NCBI RefSeq assembly: GCF_036917135.1
Contig: NZ_JBALEA010000089.1
Coordinates: 47,974 to 111,973, forward strand
Source: Nostoc sp.
GTDB lineage: Bacteria; Cyanobacteriota; Cyanobacteriia; Cyanobacteriales; Nostocaceae
Direction of reading: 5' to 3'
Length of the DNA stretch: 64,000 bases
Shown here: one piece after another, positions 54,321 through 64,000 of the stretch
How positions within the stretch are numbered: position 1 is the first letter of the stretch
Layout: each line of letters starts with the position of its first letter
The notes under the pieces: generated by a model
Told to the model about the DNA's origin: nothing
Database searches by the model: none
What the model saw: the letters and a program-made list of their open reading frames with translations, nothing else
Position numbers and translations under genes: made by a program

Positions 54321-56498
54321 CTAATTATCCTCGATCGCAGAGGAACGACGACGACGGCGACGACTGGCAGTAGCGCTGCTATTAGCTTCAGCTTCACTTT
54401 CATCGGCACTCTCGTTGGCGACGGCTTTTGCCGCCAAGCGTCCCGAAGGATTCACAGTCAACTCCGATGCTTCGGTTGTCTCTTCGATCAAAGATTTTTG
54501 TTCTGCTTCAATAACTTTTGGTGTGGGTATTTTGCTTGCAGTTATTTCAGGTATTGCTTTTTGAGCAATAGTGGTTATTTCAGGTGTTGCTTTTTGGACA
54601 ATAGGGGTTATTTCAGGTATTGCTTTTTGGACAATAGTTGATTCTGAGGTTGATTCTGTTGGGGTAGTTGGCAATTGGCCAGGCTGAATCACATTAATAA
54701 TCACAGACTTGGTATTTTTAACCTCTTGCTCTAACTTCACCAAGGGAGATATTCCCATCAAGGCAAACATATCCTGTTCTTGGAGGCTCATTTCTACAGT
54801 TCTAATTTCCGGTGGTTCTACCACTGGTTTGATTGGGTCTGCCTTGATAACTTTAGTCCGCTCTGCTCTTTCACTCCAACCTGGTTTTCCAAGGGTTGGT
54901 GAGGGGATCTCTGGTGCAACTCCTATTTCTGGTTCTACATCAATATCTAAATCTGGCTCATTGACAAAAGTCAGGGGATTGGGAACAATCCGAGTTTCAT
55001 CTTTCCCATTTAAGCCATTGACACCAATTCGACTGCGGCGAGTGCGGGTACGACGCTTATCATTAAGCTCTTGATAACTAGGATGATTGATCAGATTTAG
55101 GTTACTCAATTCTGGGTCGCCATCAAATGCTTCCCCAAATCCATCATAAGTTTCTCGTGGTTCCGGGGTACGGGCAGATGGCTGACGTGGTTCTCGGTGA
55201 GGTAGGGATACAAAACGCTCACGGTCTGGTGTCTCTGCCGGTATTGGTAATCGGTTTTCGATTTCTCCAGGGAGACGCACAGTATGTCCTAAACCGCCAC
55301 AGGTGGGGCAAGTTTCACCAAATAATTCGTAAATATTTTGACCCTGACGTTTGCGGGTCAATTCTACTAAACCTAGTTCGGTGAGTTGGGCAATCTGGGG
55401 ACGAGCTTTGTCTGCTTTGAGTCCTTTATTAAAGTGTTCGAGAACTTGTAGTTGGTCACGTCGTGATTCCATATCAATAAAATCAACGACAATCACCCCA
55501 GCGATATTCCGCAGACGCAATTGGCGAGCGATTTCGGTTGCAGCTTCGCAGTTTGTCCACAAAACTGTTTCTCTAGCTGTTGCCGATCGCGTGAAGGAAC
55601 CTGAGTTAACATCGATTACGGTTAATGCCTCTGTCGGCTCGATGATGACGTAACCTCCAGAAGGTAAGTCCACTCTGGGTTTTAGGGCTTCTCTAATGGC
55701 GGCAGTGATGCGGAAATACTCTAAAATTGGGGAGCGATCGCGGTGATGGTCAATCAACAATCCCTGCGGTGTTTGACCGCCACTCCAATTCTGCAAGTAC
55801 TGTTTCACGCGCTTCAAACCAGTACTAGAATCCACAACAATCCGATTTACATCCGCGCCGTACATATCTCGCAATACGCGCTGGATAAAGTCATCGTCTC
55901 GGTTGAGCAGTGCTGGAGCGCGGGTGGAATGGGCTTCCTGCTGAATGGCCTCCCATTGCTTTTGCAGCAATTCCAAATCTTCCATAATCGCTTCTTCGGG
56001 TTTGCCTTCGGCTTCTGTACGCACGAGCAAACCCATTCCCGCCGGCTTTACCAAAATCGCCAGTGCCCGCAAGCGGTTGCGCTCACTTTCACTTTTAATT
56101 CGTCGGGATAAATTTACGCCCCGACCATAGGGCATTAGTACTACGTAGCGTCCAGGTAAGGTGATATTACCTGTGAGCCTGGGGCCTTTTGTCCCCGTTG
56201 GCTCTTTCATTACTTGCACCAAAACTTTCTGCTGTGGTGCTAGTAGTTCTGTAATTGCGGCTGCGGTACGTTTGAGCTTCAATGGCCCCAAGTCGGTGAC
56301 GTGAATAAAACCGTTTCGCTCTGGATCGCCAATATTGACAAAAGCCGCATCTATCCCAGGCAATACGTTTTCTACTACTCCTAAGTAGATATCACCTATT
56401 TGATGATGACCCGTAGCAACAACGAGTTCCTGTATTTGATCTTCAGAAAAAACTGCAGCAATTTGGTGCTGCTCCGCAATGATAATTTGTTTTGGCAT
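54321..56498 (-). CDS. rne: Ribonuclease E
   Basis: S1 domain, TVIDVNSG, IVVDFIDM, CPTC Zn-link, disordered C-terminus ending RRRRRRSS. Confidence 0.96.
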   Translation of the reverse strand: MPKQIIIAEQHQIAAVFSEDQIQELVVATGHHQIGDIYLGVVENVLPGIDAAFVNIGDPERNGFIHVTDLGPLKLKRTAAAITELLAPQQKVLVQVMKEPTGTKGPRLTGNITLPGRYVVLMPYGRGVNLSRRIKSESERNRLRALAILVKPAGMGLLVRTEAEGKPEEAIMEDLELLQKQWEAIQQEAHSTRAPALLNRDDDFIQRVLRDMYGADVNRIVVDSSTGLKRVKQYLQNWSGGQTPQGLLIDHHRDRSPILEYFRITAAIREALKPRVDLPSGGYVIIEPTEALTVIDVNSGSFTRSATARETVLWTNCEAATEIARQLRLRNIAGVIVVDFIDMESRRDQLQVLEHFNKGLKADKARPQIAQLTELGLVELTRKRQGQNIYELFGETCPTCGGLGHTVRLPGEIENRLPIPAETPDRERFVSLPHREPRQPSARTPEPRETYDGFGEAFDGDPELSNLNLINHPSYQELNDKRRTRTRRSRIGVNGLNGKDETRIVPNPLTFVNEPDLDIDVEPEIGVAPEIPSPTLGKPGWSERAERTKVIKADPIKPVVEPPEIRTVEMSLQEQDMFALMGISPLVKLEQEVKNTKSVIINVIQPGQLPTTPTESTSESTIVQKAIPEITPIVQKATPEITTIAQKAIPEITASKIPTPKVIEAEQKSLIEETTEASELTVNPSGRLAAKAVANESADESEAEANSSATASRRRRRRSSAIEDN
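54541..54639 (-). repeat. 3 x 33-bp in-frame tandem repeat in the RNase E C-terminal region
   Basis: IVQKAIPEITP / IVQKATPEITT / IAQKAIPEITA; DNA units at 54541, 54574, 54607. Confidence 0.92.
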
Positions 56499-57444
56499 TC
56501 AATTTCCTCAAAAATTGGCAGCACTTACAGGTTTGAGGTTTGTTGTATCAAATCCGGTTAATTACTTATATTTCAAAACTACCCGCGTCTCCGCCTCAGT
56601 TTGAATTATCAGTGTTTTATCGGTTTGATATTATACTTTTGCTGCCCTCACAACCCTCAAAAGGCGCTACTGGTAATAAAAATCGTCAATCTGAGCTTCT
56701 AAGTTAAATAGCTATTGGCGCTCTTAAGAGCATTTCCACTGCTGATGATTCGAGAACGGCTGCATATCGTTTAAGAAATTAAATCAACCGTTAATCAACC
56801 GTCCGTGGTTGATTTGTGATGCAATACCCTCAAATCTTGAGAGTTCTGAGTTGAAAGTTCTAAATCCTGAGTAAGAATTTTAACTCAGGACGCTTTATTT
56901 GAGAGTAACCTACTGAATTCGTTAAGAAAAAGAAACTATTTCTATTTTCCATTCCCCGGATTTATCTTAGGGTTATACTCAGCAGCGCCAGTAGCCATCC
57001 TGCCTTGAGCCGCTCTAGCCTAAGACAAGCCTCGCCTTCCGCGTCTGTGAACTTCTACAAGTTGGTATAACCAACAGTAGTGCTTCAACTCTAAAAAAGT
57101 AATGCACTAGCTCGTGGGCACTACGTGGATTAGACATTCAGCAGTTGTTTAAAAAGCATGGATTTAGAGAAGCTAACCGAGCCTGCTGTTAGTTACTGAT
57201 TCACAAGGTAGCTATAGAGAGAGTGTGCATTCTTTAATCTGCTTTTTGTTTGTCTAGGATAAAATCCTAGAAGTTGCACTCTAATATCTTTGCTTTCGCC
57301 CCCTGAATACCAGGGTAGTGAACCAGCTAATTCAATGCAGCGCCAGAAAATTTCTCTTCACCCTATTCTAACGCAACCTTGCTAAAAATCAATTCCTGCG
57401 ATCTGCCGTGTTAGGACAACTACTAGCAAATTGGCCTACAGGGA

Positions 57445-60126
57445 TTATACCTCTAAAATTAGCCGATTGCGGTGAATATGCAGGAGTTGAAATTCTACAT
57501 TAGCCACTGTCTCTAACATAAACAGGATTTGTTCGGGACGCAACAGTAAACCGTCCTGGCGATAACTACCTAAATAACGGATCACAGATGAGATAGATTC
57601 TGCTCTGCTATTGTGGGTTTCGACTAATTCGAGTTCAAATAAGCGATCGCGCAGATTTATTAATTGGCTCTTGCCTGATTTAGTTATTTGCTCGTACCAA
57701 AACTCCTCTTTTGCTTTGATTGTATCAATCCAGTCTTGCCATTGTATAGATGTTGTTTCTGCAAGTGCTGCTACAGTAATCAAATACTCTGCCGACTCTA
57801 ACAGTTGGGTAGCGGCACTTGCTTTTAAATCTATCTGCTCCACATTATATATAGGTATGTCTGTGGGCATTTCACGAGCCAACTGTTCTCGGAAAGTATC
57901 AATTTCCACTGGCACGGTTAACTCAAAATCTGCAATTTCACCACTACTAGTAGCCCCTAGAGCCAACGCAGTTGCTAGAGAAATTCGCGGCATTGGGTGA
58001 AATCCACCAGTGAAAGCGATTGGCAAGGCTGCTCGCCGCACAACTCGATCAAACAGACGGATTAAATCTAGATGGCTGATTAAAGCGATATTACCCTGTT
58101 TGCCAAACCAAACTCGCAGTCTTTGCGCCTTAGTTTTGTTGGGGATAAACTCGCCAGCGAATTTTGGGATAGCAGGTGATTCAATCACGATGTTATGCCC
58201 AAAGTCTGTGCCACAAACGCCACAGTGAGAACACCCTTCAAAAGAACAGTCGGGTACAATTGCGGCTTCTAGAGCGCGTTGCAAGTCTTCTTTGAGCCAC
58301 TTTTTGTCAATCCCGGTATCAATATGATCCCAAGGAAGGGGAATATCGAGGGAGTGGGGAGTGGTAAGTGGGGAGTTAGGAGTTAGGAGTTGGGTATTTT
58401 CTCCATCTTCTCTGCTCTTGGGCGCTTCTGGGTGAAACAAGTTCCATTCGCCATTTTCTACTTGGCGGTATTTCCAATCTAAACCTGCTTGGGCGATCGC
58501 AGATCCCCAAGCACTAAAAGCTTGCTCTAAATTGTCATACCAGGAATCCATACCTGCACCTAATTCCCAGGCGCGGCGGACTACTTTGCCCAAATTGCGA
58601 TCGCCTCGTCCCACAAAATCTTCCATTGCCGAAATACGGACATCGGTGAAATTTACCTTCACTCCCTTTATTCGGCGGAATTCTTGCCGCAACAGGTTTT
58701 GTTTACGCTTAAATTCAGCCGTAGAAACTGAGTGCCACTGGAATGGTGTATGGGGCTTGGGTGTAAAGTTAGAAATTGTCAGGTTAAAGTTTAGGGGTTT
58801 TCTGGCTTTACCTCGACATTCTCGCTGTAGCCAGCTTACTGTTTCCCCAATGCCCAAAACGTCAACATCCGTCTCACCCGGCAAGCCAATCATAAAATAC
58901 AACTTGATTTTATCCCAGCCTTGCTCCCAAGCCGTTTTCACCCCCCGCAACAATTCTTCATTCGTCAAACCCTTGTTTACGATATCTCGCATCCTCTGAG
59001 TACCAGCTTCGGGAGCAAAAGTCAGTCCCCCTTGGCGTGTACCTCCCAGGATGTTGGCAATATTCTCATCAAATCTGTCTACCCGTTGGCTTGGTAGAGT
59101 CAGAGAAATGTTTTCATTTTTTAAGCGATTTTTGATTTCCATCCCCACTGCTGGTAGGGACAAATAATCAGAACAACTCAGAGATAGTAGAGAAAACTCA
59201 TTGTAACCAGTTGCTCGCATTCCCTGTTCAATTGCTTCCACAACCTGATCGGGTTCTACATCCCGGGCTGGTCGAGTCAGCATTCCTGGTTGACAGAAGC
59301 GACAGCCACGAGTGCAACCACGCCGAATCTCAATGGTCAGACGGTCATGTACCGTTTCTACGTAAGGAACTAACCCAATGGAATATGCTGGTATGGGAGT
59401 TGCAACCCTTCGCAAAATTCGTTTTGGGATGTCTGGGCGACGAGGATGAACTGAGCCATCCTCTGCCATTTCGTAAAACTGAGGAACATATACGCCTGGT
59501 ATCTGTGCCAAATCCAGTAACAGATGTTCCCGACTCAATCCTGCTTGTTTGCCTTCTTCCAACACTAAACCAATTTCTGGCAGCAGTTCTTCTCCATCCC
59601 CAAGGGCGAAAAAGTCGAAGAAGTCGGCATAAGGCTCAGGATTTGATGTCGCTGTTTGCCCACCAGCAAAAATCAAAGGATAGGAGGACTGGGTATCACT
59701 CAACTCTCCCCTGCCCTCCTGCCTCTCTCTCCACGTCAAGGGAATTCCAGCCAAATCCAACATTTCGAGGATATTAGTTGCACCCAGTTCGTAACTGAGG
59801 CTAAAGCCTAAAATGTCGAATTCTGTCAGCGATCGCTTTGACTCTACCGCAAACAACGGCGTATTAGTTTCGCGTAGTTTGGCTACCAAGTCTTGTCCTG
59901 GGAGGTAGGCGCGATCGCATAATTGACGCGGTTGGGCATTCAAGATGTTATAAAGGATGATGTGCCCCAAGTTAGATGCACCGACTTCATACACTTCTGG
60001 GTAGGTTAAAACCCAATGTATTGCTGTCGTATCCCAAGGTTTGTGTACTGCTAACAGCTCGTTACCCAGGTAACGGGCTGGTTTTGAAATATCTGACGTT
60101 ATTAATCTTTCAACTGCAACAACCAC
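57445..60126 (-). CDS. Radical SAM protein (TIGR03960 type) fused to a TIGR03936-type linked domain
   Basis: KPARYLGNE, RGCTRGCRFC (CxxxCxxC), FAPEAGTQR, LPWDHI, C-terminal ISHLD...GGFHP domain. Confidence 0.88.
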   Translation of the reverse strand: MVVAVERLITSDISKPARYLGNELLAVHKPWDTTAIHWVLTYPEVYEVGASNLGHIILYNILNAQPRQLCDRAYLPGQDLVAKLRETNTPLFAVESKRSLTEFDILGFSLSYELGATNILEMLDLAGIPLTWRERQEGRGELSDTQSSYPLIFAGGQTATSNPEPYADFFDFFALGDGEELLPEIGLVLEEGKQAGLSREHLLLDLAQIPGVYVPQFYEMAEDGSVHPRRPDIPKRILRRVATPIPAYSIGLVPYVETVHDRLTIEIRRGCTRGCRFCQPGMLTRPARDVEPDQVVEAIEQGMRATGYNEFSLLSLSCSDYLSLPAVGMEIKNRLKNENISLTLPSQRVDRFDENIANILGGTRQGGLTFAPEAGTQRMRDIVNKGLTNEELLRGVKTAWEQGWDKIKLYFMIGLPGETDVDVLGIGETVSWLQRECRGKARKPLNFNLTISNFTPKPHTPFQWHSVSTAEFKRKQNLLRQEFRRIKGVKVNFTDVRISAMEDFVGRGDRNLGKVVRRAWELGAGMDSWYDNLEQAFSAWGSAIAQAGLDWKYRQVENGEWNLFHPEAPKSREDGENTQLLTPNSPLTTPHSLDIPLPWDHIDTGIDKKWLKEDLQRALEAAIVPDCSFEGCSHCGVCGTDFGHNIVIESPAIPKFAGEFIPNKTKAQRLRVWFGKQGNIALISHLDLIRLFDRVVRRAALPIAFTGGFHPMPRISLATALALGATSSGEIADFELTVPVEIDTFREQLAREMPTDIPIYNVEQIDLKASAATQLLESAEYLITVAALAETTSIQWQDWIDTIKAKEEFWYEQITKSGKSQLINLRDRLFELELVETHNSRAESISSVIRYLGSYRQDGLLLRPEQILFMLETVANVEFQLLHIHRNRLILEV
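58351..58392. repeat. Six heptamer STRR units in frame inside the radical SAM gene
   Basis: ggagtgg ggagtgg taagtgg ggagtta ggagtta ggagttg = 42 bp, read as QLLTPNSPLTTPHS. Confidence 0.85.
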
Positions 60127-60274
60127 TGTGCTATCTTCTAGCTACCTTAATTACAGCTACTCAACCCCAACCTTAGCATTGAATTAGCTCTTATAACAGA
60201 GTTTATCGTTGTAACTTACAACTCCTTTACATAAAGTCCACTTCTTGCCCGAACCTTTGTGCTTTTACATAAAT

Positions 60275-60604
60275 TTATGTTACGGCCAACTCGGCTTCGC
60301 CGTCTAAGATTTCAAATATCCTATCAAGTTGCGTCAGTTCAAAAATAATTCTAATTGACGGAGCGATCGCGCAAAGTCTGAAACTCCGTCCTAAAGTAAG
60401 AGCCAACTTGTGTGTAGATAACAATGCCATCAACCCCGCGCTGTCTAAGGATTCTACCAATGCTAGATCTACTACCAAGATGGAAATACCATTTTGTGCC
60501 AACGCTGTGGTCATATCTCGTTCAAATTCCAAGGCATTTGCAGCATTCAAACACCCTTGGGGGCGAATAACTGCAATCTTGGGATAGTTAAGCACTGCTT
60601 GCAT
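60275..60604 (-). CDS. STAS domain anti-sigma factor antagonist
   Basis: DLALVESLDSAGL (phospho-Ser motif), IFELTQLD. Confidence 0.92.
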   Translation of the reverse strand: MQAVLNYPKIAVIRPQGCLNAANALEFERDMTTALAQNGISILVVDLALVESLDSAGLMALLSTHKLALTLGRSFRLCAIAPSIRIIFELTQLDRIFEILDGEAELAVT

Positions 60605-61075
60605 AGTTACATCCTATCGAGAATTGTGAGAGCGTCAAGCTAAGGATCATTTGAACATAAACTCTATTTTGTAGCATCGTCCTTATGTCTTAGCTCTCTT
60701 TGCTGAATCTTTATTGCTTTAGTATCTCTGTTTAAAGATTGTTATAATTCCAGGTTAAAATGTGTTTATGTATACTTTTTTTTTATCCCAGTTCAAAAAC
60801 AATCAACTATAGACAGCCATAGAACAGACAAATTCATCAGTAACTATGCTGAGAAAACTTGCTTAGTCTATAACTCAACCTAATTTAGCCAAGTCTTAAT
60901 GGTAGGTGAAATCTCAAGCCTTACCGTTGCTGATGTCTTGTGGCAAGGTTATCGCACATCATCTATCTAACTAATTAGGTTGTGATATATGTCACTAGTA
61001 AGTTAGTATTTGATCACTCTTTATACCTAGACTAATCGGGGATGATTATTATCATATACAGTTGGGTTATTACTT

Positions 61076-61276
61076 ATGAGAACTCAGTACGCTATTCGTA
61101 AATTGGTAGAAAAAGCTCTTGACATTAAAAAACTAACTCCTGAGATAGAAAATGAAATAAACTCAGAACTAACGGAAAGGGGTTACATTTCTGATGTTGA
61201 TTACGAAGCCTTAGAATTATTAATGGCAGAGATGGATGCTGGCCGAATCCAGTTGGTTCCTAGCCTGGGATTTTAA
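61076..61276 (+). CDS. Small conserved cyanobacterial hypothetical protein
   Basis: 66-aa ORF with protein-like composition, isolated in intergenic space. Confidence 0.7.
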   Translation: MRTQYAIRKLVEKALDIKKLTPEIENEINSELTERGYISDVDYEALELLMAEMDAGRIQLVPSLGF

Positions 61277-61278
61277 AA

Positions 61279-61303
61279 TAATTCGTAATTCGTAATTCGT
61301 AAT
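61279..61303. repeat. STRR (taattcg)n array
   Basis: Three full units plus a partial; a longer array is at 62357-62390. Confidence 0.9.
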
Positions 61304-61424
61304 AAAGATGCTGGTATTCGCTACGGTTGATAAGGGGATGGGGAATGAGAAATTGGCAGTAGGGAGATGAGGGAGCAAGGGGAGAATGATAAATGCCCAA
61401 TGCCCAATGCCCCATACCCAATCC

Positions 61425-61772
61425 CTATTGATATGCTTGCCAAAGTTGGTGAATAAACTGGTTGAGTTGCTGCTTCGCTGCTGAGTCAGGTTCAGTTTTT
61501 GGTTCTTTTGCTAAAACCTGACTCAAGAAGGTAATTACTTCTGTGTCTAAAGCTGGGCGAAATAAATTGGCAGGCCAAAGCAAATCAGATGCATCTCGCA
61601 AATCGGTAATTAGGGGCGATTCTTCAATAAAAGTAACCATTAATAAAGGACGCACCCAGCACAACTGACGGGAAACTACAAATTGAATGACTTCTGCATA
61701 GAGATTCCTGTCACCATGCTCTAAAGACACAATTTGTCCCGGTTGAAGAAAATCTAGGCTGATGTCCATCAT
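61425..61772 (-). CDS. Conserved cyanobacterial hypothetical protein
   Basis: Likely start MMDISLDF at 61772; LYAEVIQ...CWVRPL and DLLWP motifs. Confidence 0.7.
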   Translation of the reverse strand: MMDISLDFLQPGQIVSLEHGDRNLYAEVIQFVVSRQLCWVRPLLMVTFIEESPLITDLRDASDLLWPANLFRPALDTEVITFLSQVLAKEPKTEPDSAAKQQLNQFIHQLWQAYQ

Positions 61773-62069
61773 TATGCACTTTGGGCAGGGGCAAGGATTA
61801 TTTTGCAACTTCCTTAATCTTAAAAGTGAAAATGCGCTACGTTTAAGGAAAGCTTCTGTAAGATTATGGTAGCACTCTGACGGCAGCCATGTCTTAGACA
61901 TCTGCCTCACAAGTTGCTACGCAAAACTAATACGAGCAATCCCTAGCAGCAAAGGGTTTTCCTAGCATAGTATCTGAGCAGAAATACTATAGAATAGGTG
62001 AACGACTGTTTAGCGATCGCAAAACAGAGACTTTGTTGTAGTGAAGTAACGAGAAAAGAGCAAAGAGCC

Positions 62070-62351
62070 GTGTCAGTTGAAACTATTCAAAAGCCTTCCA
62101 CAACCCGCAAGCTCGCGCCTCGGTATCGCGTTTTGCTCCATAACGACGACTACAACTCTATGGAGCATGTTGTACAGTCACTAATAGCCACTGTACCAAG
62201 CCTTACCCAACCCCAAGCCGTGAGTATCATGATGGAAGCCCATACTAACGGGCTAGCTTTAGTCATTACTTGCGCTCTGGAACACGCTGAGTTTTATTGC
62301 GAAACATTGATAAGTCACGGTTTAAGTAGCACGATTGAACCTGATGAATAG
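62070..62351 (+). CDS. clpS: ATP-dependent Clp protease adaptor ClpS
   Basis: YRVLLHNDDYNSMEHV, MMEAHTNG; GTG start at 62070. Confidence 0.94.
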   Translation: MSVETIQKPSTTRKLAPRYRVLLHNDDYNSMEHVVQSLIATVPSLTQPQAVSIMMEAHTNGLALVITCALEHAEFYCETLISHGLSSTIEPDE

Positions 62352-62356
62352 TCAAA

Positions 62357-62390
62357 TAATTCGTAATTCGTAATTCGTAATTCGTAATTC
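62357..62390. repeat. STRR (taattcg)n array
   Basis: Four full units plus a partial. Confidence 0.9.
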
Positions 62391-62506
62391 AAGAGGGTAC
62401 AGCAGCCCACGCTGAATTTTTAATTTAGTGGAGAGCAAAACTGTGGAAAGTTCTTAGCTCAGACTGATTGGAATTACGGATTACGCATTATTTTGACCTA
62501 TTTAGT

Positions 62507-63331
62507 ATGAAAAAAAACCTTGCCCGTCTTGCTGAACGCTCTGCCCCTATCAGGCTGGGTTGTTTTATTTTGACTTTATTGTTGCTATGGTTGCCATTGG
62601 CTACACCAATATACTTACTAGTACATGATTCAAACTTAGAAAGTATATTGACATTGGTATTGTTATATGTAGTATTTATTTTTGTCCTGAGACTATGGGG
62701 TAAATATGTCTACCAACAGCCCCAAATTCTGCGACATTATGGCTTAGAATTCACGCGGCAAAATGGTGTGGATTTACTGCGTGGCTTGGCTCTGGGGATA
62801 ATTAATATTCTGATAATTTTTGGGGTAGAAAGTTTGTTGGGTTGGTTGGTGTGGCAACAACCGAAAGTTTTTTTGCTGAAAGTTGTTTTAGAGGGTTTAC
62901 TTGTTGGCTTAGGTGTTGGATTTGCTGAGGAATTGTTATTCCGAGGCTGGTTGTTAGATGAATTACAACGAGATTACAGTCCGCGTGTGGCACTGTGGAC
63001 AGATGCAACTGCCTTTGCTACATTGCACTTTATTAAACCCTTGGAGGCAATTATTCATACACTGCCGCAATTTCCAGCTTTAGTACTGCTGGGGTTAACG
63101 CAAGTGTGGGGAAAGCGTTGGCGGAGGGGACGCTTGGGTTTTCCAATTGCTTTGCATGGTGGTTTAGTTTGGGGTTACTACATTATTAATGTTGGGGAAT
63201 TAGTGAAATATTCTGGTCAGGTTCCTGATTGGGTAACTGGTGTAAATAATAATCCCCTACAAGGAGTTATGGGAGTGTTGTTAATGAGTGTACTAGCTTT
63301 GTGGATACGAGGGCGAACAGTGAAAAATTAA
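62507..63331 (+). CDS. CPBP/Abi family intramembrane metalloprotease
   Basis: AEELLFRG (EExxxR), FATLH, HGGLVWG; multiple TM helices. Confidence 0.92.
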   Translation: MKKNLARLAERSAPIRLGCFILTLLLLWLPLATPIYLLVHDSNLESILTLVLLYVVFIFVLRLWGKYVYQQPQILRHYGLEFTRQNGVDLLRGLALGIINILIIFGVESLLGWLVWQQPKVFLLKVVLEGLLVGLGVGFAEELLFRGWLLDELQRDYSPRVALWTDATAFATLHFIKPLEAIIHTLPQFPALVLLGLTQVWGKRWRRGRLGFPIALHGGLVWGYYIINVGELVKYSGQVPDWVTGVNNNPLQGVMGVLLMSVLALWIRGRTVKN

Positions 63332-63475
63332 AAATGGGTAATGAACTTGTACAAAAATAAAATATCGGCTAAAAAGAAACTACATTAATTAATATTCCAT
63401 TTAGGCAAAGTGTCAGAGTGTAGCCAAAAGGTTTTTAAAGATTCAACATCAAACAAATATTTAGGGTTATAAATA

Positions 63476-63937
63476 ATGGATTTAGCTCGTTTGGAATATA
63501 TAAAAAATGTCAATGATGATGAAGATTGGGCGTATGAAAGTTTTCCTGTTGGAGCTTACTTTCAGTTAAACTTTAAAGAGGGTATAGGTGTAGATACTCA
63601 CGCCTTTTACTTACCAAAAGGATCTCTTATCATCCTTTCTCAAAAACCAGATGGGTATCATGACCGATACTTGACGCACGTAGTTGAACTGGTTAATGAG
63701 GGAAGTGAAGATAAACCTCAATGGGAAACAGGTACATGGGGTATTTTCCGATGGGTTAAGGTTCATTGGATTGCTGATTTCACAGATGTCAGCCGTATTC
63801 CTCTTGATCAGAAGGAAATGAGAGCCAATTGGAGTTTTCAGAACACTAAAGCTAAATTGTTGTCTAGTGACAACTTGATGAAGCAGTGGGGTAGTATCGA
63901 TAAATTAAGAGCGCACTTAGGGGAAGTCTTTAATTAA
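63476..63937 (+). CDS. Hypothetical protein, no family recognised
   Basis: 153-aa ORF with ATG start, Trp-rich, protein-like composition. Confidence 0.7.
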   Translation: MDLARLEYIKNVNDDEDWAYESFPVGAYFQLNFKEGIGVDTHAFYLPKGSLIILSQKPDGYHDRYLTHVVELVNEGSEDKPQWETGTWGIFRWVKVHWIADFTDVSRIPLDQKEMRANWSFQNTKAKLLSSDNLMKQWGSIDKLRAHLGEVFN

Positions 63938-64000
63938 ACGATGACGCAATCTAACACCATTAAATACCAGCGATCGCAAAGAATATTAGAACTATTTGCG

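Overview
A 64-kb chromosomal window from a heterocyst-forming cyanobacterium of the Nostoc type, judged from frequent HIP1 GCGATCGC sites, heptamer STRR arrays and gene content. Most of it is conserved backbone: secDF, tsaC, prmC, tic22, tRNA-Pro, tsaD, psaFJ, psaL, gmk, pyrF, tyrS, a class A PBP, lepB, Fd-GOGAT, the rpsL-rpsG-fusA-tuf-rpsJ operon, pheA, rnhB, rne, a radical SAM gene and clpS. The exception is an accessory island of about 9.9 kb (5098-15027) between prmC and tsaC. It carries a co-oriented 7-gene cluster with no PKS/NRPS: PLP alpha-oxoamine synthase (SPT/BioF family), fatty acyl-AMP ligase, acyl-CoA dehydrogenase, membrane desaturase B, ACP, DszC/SfnB-type flavin monooxygenase, membrane desaturase A. 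I do not recognise this combination as a characterised pathway. It plausibly builds an unsaturated, possibly acetylenic (JamABC-like), acyl chain on the ACP and releases it by decarboxylative condensation with an amino acid as an aminoketone or sphingoid-like lipid. The cluster shows traces of its assembly: a duplicated desaturase that ends at a dead copy of the ACP start, an RBS plus N-terminal leader shared by non-homologous genes, and two inverted 122-123 bp MITE-like elements with 3-bp target duplications on either side. Other notable items are a stand-alone GlnD-like ACT-pair protein, a HepN-like kinase with degenerate ATP-binding boxes, and repeat elements sitting in frame inside glsF, the radical SAM gene and rne. 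All family assignments come from motif recognition by eye; no database search was run.
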